Source of the DNA: a bacterium
Lineage (GTDB): Bacteria > Patescibacteriota > Patescibacteriia > JAHIZJ01
Direction of reading: 5' to 3'
DNA length: 64,000 nt
Assembly: GCA_030699685.1 (NCBI GenBank)
Contig: JAUYLJ010000041.1
Location: forward strand, 6,241 to 70,240
Part shown: positions 47,401 through 61,100 of the stretch, one piece after another
How the letters are laid out: each line of letters starts with the position of its first letter
Numbering within the stretch: the first letter of the stretch is position 1
The notes under the pieces: model-generated
Told to the model about the DNA's origin: nothing
The model's database searches: none
What the model saw: the letters and a program-made list of their open reading frames with translations, nothing else
Made by a program: the position numbers and the translations under genes

Positions 47401-47436
47401 TGCAACGAAAAAACCCCCGTCCTCTTGGGGGTCTTT
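47401..47436 (-). terminator. rRNA unit terminator, copy 2 of the 36-bp direct repeat
   Basis: TGCAACGAAAAAACCCCCGTCCTCTTGGGGGTCTTT, downstream of 5S. Confidence 0.7.
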
Positions 47437-47525
47437 TCATATTCACTATCAGCCTAGAGCTGAAAAAAGTCAAGTTCAAGGTTGGTCAATTTTCGCCTAT
47501 TGTCTTCCGTCAATCAAATCCGAGA

Positions 47526-47645
47526 TTCCGGGCACCGGCCTACTTTCCCACGCCCTCGAGGGGCAAGTATCATCAGCGTTGATGGGCTTAACTGCTGTGT
47601 TCGGGATGGAAACAGGTGTGACCCCATCACTTGAGACACCCGGAA
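47526..47645 (-). rRNA. rrf: 5S rRNA
   Basis: plus strand GGCCTACTTTCCCAC...CTTAACTGCTGTGTTCGGGATGGAAACAGGTGTGACC; terminal TTCCG/CGGAA stem. Confidence 0.93.
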
Positions 47646-47869
47646 TTCCGGATTTGATTGTATTGCATTGAACGGAAACCGACCTTAGAACAGCGTCGAA
47701 TCAGGTGTCAGGAGGAAGATTATTCCAAAAAATACCGACACTAAAACAACGAGTAAAATCAAGGTCAGCGAAATTTTGATTTTCTGTACCATAGAGTAGT
47801 AGGGTCCAACTAAGTGGAACTGCACGCGTTATACACAAACGCATGGGTCCGATTATGATCAATCAGAGT

Positions 47870-51238
<3,369 letters not shown>

Positions 51239-51681
51239 TACTCGGGTTAACCATAATTTATTGCATGTTGGACCCACTATTCAATTGTCAAGGTTCCATC
51301 CTTGAACTGACACGGGAAGGTCAGGCTTCCACCGGACATTCCCGTATCGGTTCAAGTAAAAGATTCGCGCCCAGGAAACGAACTACCAGGCTTCGTTGTT
51401 TTGGAGAGAGGTCTCCGCCTGAGCGCGAATTGAGGATGAGCCCCTCGGAAGTAGCGTGAAAGCGCTCGACGCGCCAAACTCCTTCGTTGGGGCTCATCAG
51501 ATGTGAGCGTGACAAGCCTTTTAAGCGGCGAGCTTCCGAAGAAGCCTGTGGTGTTCTCCACAGAGGCTCGCTACGCTCACGAACACTATCAAAGGTCTAG
51601 AGCCAATTGGACATCCGAGATGATCCAGCTGACCTTAGATCTCTATAATAATTGCAGTAAAAGGTACAAGGAACGAGGCAC

Positions 51682-51703
51682 AAAAAATCCGCCGTTCAGG
51701 CGG
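51682..51703 (-). terminator. intrinsic terminator inside the rRNA leader (attenuator candidate)
   Basis: minus strand CCGCC-TGAAC-GGCGG-ATTTTTT. Confidence 0.65.
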
Positions 51704-51735
51704 GGCATTTTCACAAACAAGGTGTGAGCGAAAGC

Positions 51736-51783
51736 TTAGAGCATGCCGCCTGGTGGGTTAGAAGTAAGATTTTTTGCTGTCAT
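51736..51783 (-). CDS. candidate 15-aa leader peptide MTAKNLTSNPPGGML
   Basis: first ATG after the promoter; its last codons are complementary to the terminator 5' arm. Confidence 0.5.
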   Translation of the reverse strand: MTAKNLTSNPPGGML

Positions 51784-51794
51784 GAGTTCCAATT

Positions 51795-51803
51795 TGTGGA
51801 TAA
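51795..51803 (-). promoter_or_regulatory. consensus DnaA box TTATCCACA
   Basis: exact match between the promoter and the leader ATG. Confidence 0.55.
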
Positions 51804-51824
51804 ACTGTTTATTTCGCTACATCT

Positions 51825-51853
51825 ATAGTACATGAGCACATAATGAGTGTCAA
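51825..51853 (-). promoter_or_regulatory. rRNA promoter TTGACA-N17-TACTAT
   Basis: near-consensus sigma70 boxes pointing to the 23S gene. Confidence 0.8.
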
Positions 51854-51871
51854 GAGACTTTGCGGTACCTC

Positions 51872-51899
51872 TTGACAAAATCAGGAAAACCTGTATAAT
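51872..51899 (+). promoter_or_regulatory. divergent promoter TTGACA-N16-TATAAT
   Basis: perfect consensus hexamers upstream of the lipoprotein gene. Confidence 0.75.
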
Positions 51900-52048
51900 A
51901 CCGCGTTACTTTGAGTTGAGTATCTTGCATACAGTTTGTACCTTGCAACAAGGCTCAGAGTAACTCTACCACGGGGGTAGCGCTTTCAGTCGGGCGGCTT
52001 GCCGCTTGTCTACACACCGCGGCGATGAGTCGCGAAGGAGGAAGCAAA

Positions 52049-52984
52049 ATGCTGAAGAGTTTTTCGTGGTTCGTCTGGTGTTTGCTGGCTGTCATCGCGA
52101 TGGCTGGCTGCAACAGCAACGAGGAGCAGCGTCTCCTCGAGCGCCAGGCCATCGTCGGCAACGTGGCCGACAGTCTGAACGCGTCGCAGGCCGAGGTGCA
52201 GGAGTGGATTAACTTCCAACTTGACCCCGACGCTCGCGACTCGTTCGCGGAGTGGGTTAGGATGGAGAGCTACGCGAGCGACAGTCGGGTTGTCGAGCGC
52301 GTCAGCGACGAGCTCGAAGCGCGAAGCGTGAACAATGTCTCCTCACCTGTGTGGGCCCGAGCCATCGCCGAGCTCTACAAGCTCAACCTCGGCCAAATGG
52401 CCGGGATAAACTTCGACTCGCGCGAGCTGGTCGATCAGACCATCCGTACCGCTCGTGGCAACGGTCCCGAGCGAGTCCCCACCGTCAACAACGTCATCAA
52501 GGTCTTCGGCTACTCGGCCGAAGATGGAGGAGAAGTCATCCTCCGGGTTGAGACTGAGTCGGCACCGGACTCGACCGGCAAGACGCAGACCTCCGTCAAA
52601 GAAGTCACGCGTGACTTCAAGATGGAGATCTTTGGAAAGATCCTGGCGCCGAGCGTCGTGACGCCAGTGATCTATGAGGCGGTCAGGGCGGACTACGGCA
52701 ACCTGAACCGTCTCTACCAGCTCAACAACAACGGTGGGCTGCCGGACAACTTCTACGGTTGTCTGGTCGCCGCCTGCGACCAGATCATCCAGGAATCCCA
52801 GGACATCGCCTGGGACTCGCCAATGCAGATCCGGTACGGCTGGGTCGAGTTCTCTGAGGCCGAAAAAGAGAACTGGTCCGGCCTTCGGAAGTTTCTCTTC
52901 CGTGTCGGCGAACCCGGCACGGACAAGATCCGCCGCATCGCGACTGATCTCAAGGCGCGACTCGAAGCCGCGCCCGTATCTTGA
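52049..52984 (+). CDS. putative lipoprotein (ORFan)
   Basis: AAGGAGGA SD; signal peptide with lipobox MAGC; GC-rich codons; terminator at about 53000-53055. Confidence 0.7.
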   Translation: MLKSFSWFVWCLLAVIAMAGCNSNEEQRLLERQAIVGNVADSLNASQAEVQEWINFQLDPDARDSFAEWVRMESYASDSRVVERVSDELEARSVNNVSSPVWARAIAELYKLNLGQMAGINFDSRELVDQTIRTARGNGPERVPTVNNVIKVFGYSAEDGGEVILRVETESAPDSTGKTQTSVKEVTRDFKMEIFGKILAPSVVTPVIYEAVRADYGNLNRLYQLNNNGGLPDNFYGCLVAACDQIIQESQDIAWDSPMQIRYGWVEFSEAEKENWSGLRKFLFRVGEPGTDKIRRIATDLKARLEAAPVS

Positions 52985-53473
52985 ACCTTTGCACCCCCGA
53001 CACCCGTCTCGCTCTAAGGATCATCTGATCTGATGAGCGGGGCGGGTTCTTTTTATTGACCTAGAGCTCGGTATAAAAACACAATTTGCAAATAAATATA
53101 GCGAGAGCATTGCTTCAGCCACCGGTCAATAACCCGCCGAAGCTCCTAAGAAACTTCCCGAAATTGTAAGATAGAACAAATGAGGATGAATGTTCTAAAA
53201 ATTCTTTAGCAAAAATGCGCAGGCGGGTATGTCGAGTTTGGCAAATAATCCCTGCCCGCCTACTTATTGATTTTTATCGTGGGCAAGGCGGGCGCCGAAG
53301 TTTCAACGGTTAGTCCCGAGAAGACAAAATAATCATTACTAATAAGCCGCCTCACTAAAAGGCAGCAAGAAACGAAGGCGGATATATCCTTAGCCACCCC
53401 AGTGACCATATCATTGCCGGCTCTTGGCAAACAAAAACCCCGTCCGAAGCCGAAACTTCGTACGGGGACCGTG

Positions 53474-56400
53474 TCACTTGAGGCACCACGTATGCGCGTT
53501 CTGAAAGAGCCTGAGCCATGGACTGGCCGTGAGTGACTGGCGCCACTCAGGCGGCATCCAGGGCCATTGCCAGGTCAAGAAAGTCCGCTCGGGGTGCGGC
53601 ATCATGGCCAGATGCCGGCCATCTGGCGAACAGAGAGCCGTGACCCCCTGCGGACTGCCGTTGGGATTGAACGGGTAACGCTCAGTCGGGATGCCTTCCT
53701 CATCCACGAAGCGCAATGGAGTTAGATGATCGGAGACGAGCTGCTCTATAGTTTCCCCCATCGCGTAGAGCCGTCCTTCACCGTGAGCCACCCAGACCCC
53801 GAGCCTTGACCATTGCATGCCCTGGAACATGATCGAAGGACTTGGCCTCACCTCGACCGTCGAGAACCGGGATTCAAACCGGCCTGACCTGTTGCGGATA
53901 AAACGAGGCTGCGTGTCCGGATTCAGTGATAAGCCAGGCACCCAACCCAAGAGAGCCATGAGCTGGCAGCCGTTGCAAACTCCGAGAGAGAACGTCTCTG
54001 TCCGTTCTTGAAACAGTCGAAATTGTTCGGCTACCCGTTCGTTGAAACGGATGACGCCGGCCCAACCTTTGCCAGCGTCCAGCACGTCAGCGAATGAGAA
54101 GCCGCCAACAAACGCGATCCCGCGGAAATGATCGAGCGTGATCCTGCCGCTGACAAGATCCGTCATTGTGAGGTCCCAGGCTTCGAAACCAGACTGCTCG
54201 AACGCTGCAGCCATTTCCTGATCGCCATTTGACCCCTGCTCGCGAAGAATTGCCACTCGTGGCTTTTCTCCTGCGCTGAGAATTAACGGCGGCGTCGGTG
54301 AGGCGTCGAAGGAAAAGAGATACGGGGGAGGTGTCAACAAATGAGCGTTCACCTCCGCTTCCTCGTTCACGCAGTCAGGGTCAGTCTGAAGTCGATCAAT
54401 GGCGGTACTGGTTGCTTCCCACACTTGGCGCAAGTCGACCATTGCTTCGTCCAGCCGCGTCTCCCCATCGTGAATCACTACGACTCGCTCAGACCGAACT
54501 CGGCCGATCGGCAGCGCTTGGATCATGTGCGCGACAAACACCGCTTGAACATCATCCCAATCGTCGTAGTTGCAACTCAACACCAAGCCCGGTGACTCAC
54601 TGAACAGGATGGCGATCGTGTCAGCTCGCGGCAAGCGAACCGTAAATCCAAGATTACCGGCAAAAGCCATCTCCAGAAGCGTGACTATCAGTCCTCCATC
54701 GCTGATATCATGCACCGCGTTGATCAAGCCGTGGCGAATCAACTCCTGATTCGTCGAGAACGCGGATTGAAGACTTCTTGCCGAAACGTCCGGGCACTCA
54801 TCGCCAACCTGACTAAAGACCTGAGCCAGGGCTGACCCGCCTAGTGAATAATCGTCAGCAGAAAGCGGAATCCAGAATATCTGATCTCCTTCCTGTTTGA
54901 ATTCCGGCGTCACTTTCATCCGGACGTCGGGCACGTCGACGTATGCGCTGATGACTAGTTCACCGGGAGCTTTCACCGTCGCGTCCGAACCGTCAGGCGC
55001 TTTCGTCCTCACGGCCATGGACAGACTGTCCTTCCCTCCATCCACGGCCATGCCTAGCTCGATCATGAAGTCGCGCATTGCCTCAGCCGCCCGACGGAGC
55101 CAGACTCCCTCGCCGGGAAGCTTGGCCGCCAGCATCCAGTTGGCCGAGCAGCGCACGTTGGCAATCCCGCTGATGACAACACCTGACAAATTCAGCAACG
55201 CTTCGGTCACGGCCAGACGTGCCATCGCTTCAGGAGAAAGCAGTCCTTTCATCGGCTGCTCGCCGATCGCAAAAGCGGTTCCGGAAGTTTCTTCTGTCAG
55301 TGAGTGGGAGATCATCGCGAAATCTGCCAGTGTCACGTGGTTCGGACCAACACATTGCTGCTGAGCAATGTGGCCGGACACGCTTCGATCCGCTTTCGTG
55401 GACAGGAAACGCTTGGAAGCAACAGACGGTAAACGCAGAACTCTCTCCAATGCGTCGCGCACCGTCAACCTCTCAGGCAAAGCGAGCGGAACGCGTACCG
55501 ACGCGATGGTTTCAAGTTCAAACGTCTTCTGGGGAATTTCACCCAGCACCTCCCGCAAAGGGAGATTGACCGGCTCACTTCCATCCTGCTCGTCATGAAG
55601 AACCAGTTGGCTATCTCCGGTAATGGTACCAATCACGGCCATAGGCAGGCTTTCACGGTCACAGATCGCTGTGATTAAATCAAGCTTCTCCGGCCTGATC
55701 AGAATCACGTCCCGTTCCTGCGATTCATTGGCCCAGATGACCAGAGAGGACAACGTCGCGTCGCCGACCGGAATACCACGTAGTTCGATGCGCGCGCCGG
55801 CAGGATCAACGATTTCGGGAACCGCATTGCAATCGCCGCCAGCGCCCAAATCGTGCGCTGTCACTATCGGGTTGTCCTCTCCCAGCGCGACACAGGCACG
55901 GAAGAAACGGTTGAGCCGATTCTCCATCTGCGGATCCGGGCGCTGGACTGAATCAAGATCTAGGTTTTCCGCGTTCTCGCCAGAAAGCATGGAACTAGCC
56001 GCGCCGCCACCCAAACCGATCCGGTAGGCCGGTCCGCCGACCTGAACCACCAGCATGCTCGGTTCTGGATCGCCCTTAGCGGTATGTGCATCGTCAATCA
56101 GTCCGGTTCCGACCGAGTACATGATCGGCTTATACCAACCCCGGCGTCCGTCGGGCAAAACGATCCCACTGGTACGAACGAATCCGCACACCAGCGGCTC
56201 GCCGAAGCAGTTGCCATAGTCCGAAGCGCCGTCGCTGGCCCGAATCATGATTTCAAGAGGTGATTTCAGAGCAGGCGGATGCCACCAACCATCCTCCTCC
56301 CATGGGAGATCGTAGCCGGGAATGCGCAAGTTGTCCGAACAGTATCCGGCGCCACCGGCGATCACCAGGCCGCCCCGACCAACAACATGGACATCGCGGA

Positions 56401-57370
56401 TTCGCCCGCCACTCCCGGTTCCGCTGCCTTCGTAGGCCGCCAATCCGGTTGGGTGATTGTGGGTTTCAGCGGTCAGTGTTGGATGCATCACACGACCAAC
56501 CCGGCGATACCAACTCGGCCGTTCAGGATGAGTAGGCAGCAACATCGTTACTTCATTGCCCCGGATCGCCGACGAATCATCGTGAAAAGCGATCACGGAG
56601 TTGTTCGGATTGCGCCGCCATGTCTCCCTGACAATATCCATCAGCGTGTCGGAACAAGGCTCTCCGTCAACGATATGGCGTCCTTTGAAGAACCAATGAC
56701 GCGAGTGTTCCGAGTTGGCCTGAGCCAGCTCGATCAACTCCACGTCGGTAGGATTCCGGCCGATGATTCTCGTGAATAACTGTGTGATGTACTCAATGTC
56801 TTGTTCATCCCACCCAAATCCAAGTTCGCGGTTGATACGCCGGAGCGCTTCGATGCCTTCTTTCAGCAAAGGAATGACGCGCACCGGATCGGGATCGCGA
56901 CTGATGGTAAACGACTCCGGCGGACTTACATAAGGCACCTGAGTCATCCGGTCGTATAGTTCACCAAGAAACAACTCCTCCACACGATCGCTGAGAGCTG
57001 CTTCAAGCATCCCGTAGCGGATGGAGCGTTCAATCCTTCGAACCTTCGTCAGGCCGCAAGCGTGACAAATTGCCACCGCGGCTGACGACCACGGAGTTTC
57101 GAAATTCAACTGCGGACCGATTTCGAGAACCGTTCGGCAGAAAGACAGGAACGACTCACGTCCGGCGTTCTCCGGTTCAAACGTTTCAGCCAACAGCCAG
57201 AATAGCCGACCCTCTTCTTCCTCGGTCAGGCCACTATTCAATTCTACCGCGTAACACCACTCGGAATGAATTTGAGGCAAGAGTCTTCCAACTCGCACCT
57301 CAGCCTCTTTCCTTACTTGCTCAAGCTTTCTGTGAGTCAACGCTGGAGTTCTGAAAAAGCGCAAAATCAT
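53474..57370 (-). CDS. purL: phosphoribosylformylglycinamidine synthase, large fused type
   Basis: QANSEHSRHWFF, AETHNHPT, IGLGGGAASS, HDLGAGG, GGKDSLSM, HDISDGG, GGFSFAD, GVCNGCQ, MMPHPER; 1298 aa. Confidence 0.96.
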   Translation of the reverse strand: MILRFFRTPALTHRKLEQVRKEAEVRVGRLLPQIHSEWCYAVELNSGLTEEEEGRLFWLLAETFEPENAGRESFLSFCRTVLEIGPQLNFETPWSSAAVAICHACGLTKVRRIERSIRYGMLEAALSDRVEELFLGELYDRMTQVPYVSPPESFTISRDPDPVRVIPLLKEGIEALRRINRELGFGWDEQDIEYITQLFTRIIGRNPTDVELIELAQANSEHSRHWFFKGRHIVDGEPCSDTLMDIVRETWRRNPNNSVIAFHDDSSAIRGNEVTMLLPTHPERPSWYRRVGRVMHPTLTAETHNHPTGLAAYEGSGTGSGGRIRDVHVVGRGGLVIAGGAGYCSDNLRIPGYDLPWEEDGWWHPPALKSPLEIMIRASDGASDYGNCFGEPLVCGFVRTSGIVLPDGRRGWYKPIMYSVGTGLIDDAHTAKGDPEPSMLVVQVGGPAYRIGLGGGAASSMLSGENAENLDLDSVQRPDPQMENRLNRFFRACVALGEDNPIVTAHDLGAGGDCNAVPEIVDPAGARIELRGIPVGDATLSSLVIWANESQERDVILIRPEKLDLITAICDRESLPMAVIGTITGDSQLVLHDEQDGSEPVNLPLREVLGEIPQKTFELETIASVRVPLALPERLTVRDALERVLRLPSVASKRFLSTKADRSVSGHIAQQQCVGPNHVTLADFAMISHSLTEETSGTAFAIGEQPMKGLLSPEAMARLAVTEALLNLSGVVISGIANVRCSANWMLAAKLPGEGVWLRRAAEAMRDFMIELGMAVDGGKDSLSMAVRTKAPDGSDATVKAPGELVISAYVDVPDVRMKVTPEFKQEGDQIFWIPLSADDYSLGGSALAQVFSQVGDECPDVSARSLQSAFSTNQELIRHGLINAVHDISDGGLIVTLLEMAFAGNLGFTVRLPRADTIAILFSESPGLVLSCNYDDWDDVQAVFVAHMIQALPIGRVRSERVVVIHDGETRLDEAMVDLRQVWEATSTAIDRLQTDPDCVNEEAEVNAHLLTPPPYLFSFDASPTPPLILSAGEKPRVAILREQGSNGDQEMAAAFEQSGFEAWDLTMTDLVSGRITLDHFRGIAFVGGFSFADVLDAGKGWAGVIRFNERVAEQFRLFQERTETFSLGVCNGCQLMALLGWVPGLSLNPDTQPRFIRNRSGRFESRFSTVEVRPSPSIMFQGMQWSRLGVWVAHGEGRLYAMGETIEQLVSDHLTPLRFVDEEGIPTERYPFNPNGSPQGVTALCSPDGRHLAMMPHPERTFLTWQWPWMPPEWRQSLTASPWLRLFQNAHTWCLK

Positions 57371-57513
57371 ACACCCTCCTGAATGTCAAACAGCAGTCAT
57401 CGCTTCTTTCGTTCAACTTTACAGCAGCCCGTTAGTGTATTCTCATAACTATTTTTTTGCAAACAAAAACCCCACTTTGTATTTTACTAGCGGAGTTTTC
57501 GTTGGGAGAACTC

Positions 57514-57651
57514 TTAGCGCTTTGTGCGACGAGTCGTTCTCTTTTTTGTTGTCTTTTTTTTGGTTGTGCGCTTTTTTGTCGTTGCGCGTTTCTTCGTTGT
57601 GCGCTTCTTGGTAGTAGCGCGTTTCTTCGTAGCCTTTTTCTTTCGTGCCAT
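57514..57651 (-). CDS. 45-aa protamine/histone-H1-like basic protein (absent from ORF track in this frame)
   Basis: GGAGGGAGG SD; MARKKKATKKRATTKKRTTKKRATTKKRTTKKKTTKKRTTRRTKR. Confidence 0.8.
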   Translation of the reverse strand: MARKKKATKKRATTKKRTTKKRATTKKRTTKKKTTKKRTTRRTKR

Positions 57652-57792
57652 TCGCTTTCACCTCCCTCCGTCTGGGATGTTAGTATATGATGCGAAAAAA
57701 CTCTAAGAAGCTGGTAGCAACACAAAAACTTTTGTTATCAATATAATTATACCATAAAAGATTAAACACAACAACTCGTTGTGGATAATTTT

Positions 57793-58029
57793 TTATGTAA
57801 TATTAAATCCTGTGAGCCGCCACACTACGTAGGCAATCGCCCCGAGAAGGAGAACGATGATGACATACGTGACAGGATTGTCCATCGAAAACCATTTCCA
57901 CTTCTCTGGCACTCCCAATATGTCCTCAATCACTGTTTCCTCTTCTTCGATATGCTCCTCAGTAATTTCTTCCTCATCATCGTTCTCCTGAGGGGATTCA
58001 TTTTTTTCAAACGGGGTTTTCATTGTCAT
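57793..58029 (-). CDS. small membrane protein with acidic N-terminus
   Basis: ENDDEEEITEEHIEEEE followed by one C-terminal TM helix. Confidence 0.6.
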   Translation of the reverse strand: MTMKTPFEKNESPQENDDEEEITEEHIEEEETVIEDILGVPEKWKWFSMDNPVTYVIIVLLLGAIAYVVWRLTGFNIT

Positions 58030-58181
58030 GTGACAATTATATTTATACTCAAGCTGGCTATCCTGTTCAGGATTATAACGAAAATGCTTTGATGCCGCTA
58101 CCGACAATAGCGGAAAACTCACCCTTTACTTTCTTTGAAGTTTGTACTATAATTATAGTAATAAACAAATAAAACATTTGT

Positions 58182-61100
58182 ATGGCCCTAAACAAAACGG
58201 GGAAATCAAAGCTGCCCTCCACGGAGCAAGAGACTGCTGTACGCCAACGTGTTAATATCCGACTTATGTTCCTAGTCGGAGTTTTATTAATTGTAGTCGG
58301 AATTTCTCTGGCCTTCTTCATACCGTGGAAACGGCTTGGCCAGCAACAACCTCAACCGCTAACCGGTTATATCCCGGTTCCTGGTACCGATCTCCAGATT
58401 CTGGACGACCATCCGCGGTTGTGGGTCACTCAAGAAACCTTGTCTTCAATAAAATGCTGGGCTGGCATCACCTCCGGTTCCGGCTGCGGCGGCAACGCGA
58501 CACTCTACCAAAACTTCAAAACAGTGACGGATCAAAAACTCGCTAATGGGGACAGGGAGTTTTATGATATTCACCAATACGCGCTGCTATACCAATTAAC
58601 CGGGGACGCGAGCTACTGTACCGTTCCCATCGAGGTCTCACACACCGAAGCGGAAAGCGGTGCTTTGCGGCGGGAAGGAAAGGGCCCGGCCAGGTCCTCA
58701 ACCGTCGCCATGACTTACGACTGGTGTTACGATCAATTGAGCGAGTCAGACAAAACCTTAATCGGCCAGTACCTGGTCGCTAACGCTCAAGCCACGCCGT
58801 TTGATAACAACCACGCGTTTTACCCCGGAGAAAGTTCCGGACTCGTCTATGCCTTCAGCGTCTTTGGTGACGGAGTAAACGACTCGGCGGCCGGGGCAAT
58901 GCTTAAGCAGCACTACGAGGGAATAAAGAATGTGAATGTCCCGGCGACAAACGAGGTGTACGCCAACGGCGGTCTCGACGGCTACGCAGGACTGCGCTCC
59001 GATGCGATTTTGACCTTTGCAGACCTGTTTAAGTCAGGGTCGACATATACGTCCATGTTTGAGGATTCGCAGTTTGCTCGCAACACCGCATTATTTTTTC
59101 TTCATCGCACGCGGGGAGATCTGCAGTTAAGCAAAGCACCAGGAAAAAATAACTACAGCGGTATTAAGTTAAACTCTTTTTTGGCACACACGGCATACCG
59201 GTACAATAACCAGCATGCCCAATGGATGGCGAATTATCTGATTGAACAAAACCCGGGAGAATCATTCTACGAGCTAGTTATGTGGCGGAACCCTACCGTC
59301 CCCAGTACACCGCTTGATGATCCCAACAACCCGCTCTCACTGAAACTTGAAGGTGTCGGCAGCGGCATGTACTATGGCCGAAGCGACTGGAGTTTTGGGC
59401 CGGTATCGCAGGCCATACATTGGGGCTTCTTTAATGGACCTGATTTGGTTGGCCATAAAACACAGAATCACTTTAATCTCGCGCGCGGCAACGACAGCCT
59501 GCTTATTGATAGCGGCGTTCGCACCGATGATTATGATTATACGTATAATTCCTATTACCGCCGCTCAATTGCCCATAATTCGATTGGCATTACCATGCCA
59601 GGTGAAGAATTTGGCGATGCGCGGGGCGTTCCGATCCCCAATGACGGAGGGCAATGGAACAGCGATAAAGACGAAGGCTGTGACCGCTGGCCAGCGGCTT
59701 GCAACGGCAATTCCGGTTACGCGCCCGGCTGGCGCGGCGAGGTGAAACGCTATGAATATGTTCCAGGTGAATACACATACATTCTTGGTGACGCCACACC
59801 CGCGTACAACGACGACAAAACAACGCAAGTCGAACGATCGTTTATCGAGCTCGAACCAAATCTCTTTATCGTCTTTGACGCGGTGAACGCGACACAAGCA
59901 TCCTTTGAAAAGGCGTTTTACCTGCACATGATCGAAAAGCCTGCCGTGAACGGAACACTCCAAACACAGGAAGGAAACTACGACACGGGCGGCATCTTTG
60001 ATTCAACCAATTCGAATGTTGTCACAGTTCGATATGGAGACAGCGCGGTTCTTTCAAAAACACTATTGCCGGAAAACCCGAGGATTCGTATTGTCGGGGG
60101 TCAGAATCCGAACGGAGATCCGGTACGTCACAATAATTCCCAAATCAATTATCCTCCAACCTACGATCCGCAACAGTCGTATGAATACTTCAACGAATGG
60201 AATTGGCCCCCTGCTTCTCTTGAAAATGTGGGAGAATACGACGATGATCAACGCTATGGTCGCAACGGCGCAAGTTCAAACACCCCGGCGGGCGGAGAAG
60301 GTGGAGACTGGCGAATAGAGGTTCGCCCGAATACGGTTTCTGCCATCGACAACTTCTTTCACGTCTATCAAGTCCGCGACGGCGACTTATTTGTTGATAA
60401 TACTGATCCTGGCTTTTCAACCTCAGACGGCGGTTGGACTGAGAGCAATTACAATGCTTATGGCTATGGAATGTATGGTAATACGCTGGTCAAAGCCCGG
60501 CCCAGCACCAGCCGAACAGCAACCTGGAATTTTACCGTTACCCAAACCGGAGCCTATGACGTCAACGTCTGGCTGCCGAAAAAAAATAATCGTGATTTAA
60601 TCAACGAGGCCAAATACACCATCAGGCATGCTGGTGGTGAGACTGTGATAACACTAGATCAAAACGACGGCCAGGCGCTTTGGGTCAACCTCGGTTCGTA
60701 CCAATTCGATCCAGGAACAGCGACAGTGGAGCTCAGTACCGATTCATCCGATGGCAGTCTGTATATGACGGCCGATGCGATGAAATTGTCTTACCAGAAC
60801 AGCGATCTGCCGATGGTCGACACTCAGCTGCTCCGTTCAGAAAACCAAAATATGGTCGGCTCATTTATTGACGGCCGTCTGGTGGCACTGCTCAGCAAGG
60901 ACGGCAGTGAGGTAGCTTCTACAGATGTGGAGATTCCTGCAGAGGGTGTTGTGCAATTCCGTATTTTTGGAATGAGACCGGACACAAACTTTTCAGTTTC
61001 TCGCAATGAACAAAGGGTAAGCATCCGAACCGGCTCCGGTGAGCGCAGTACAGACCAAGGCGTCTTGTCGTTCACCATTGATTTCAGCGGTGAGGGCGGC

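Noticed and set aside
57432-57725. Track ORFs of 97 aa and 70 aa in this interval
   Set aside because: Wrong frames; the SD-supported frame is the 45-aa K/R/T protein at 57651-57514.
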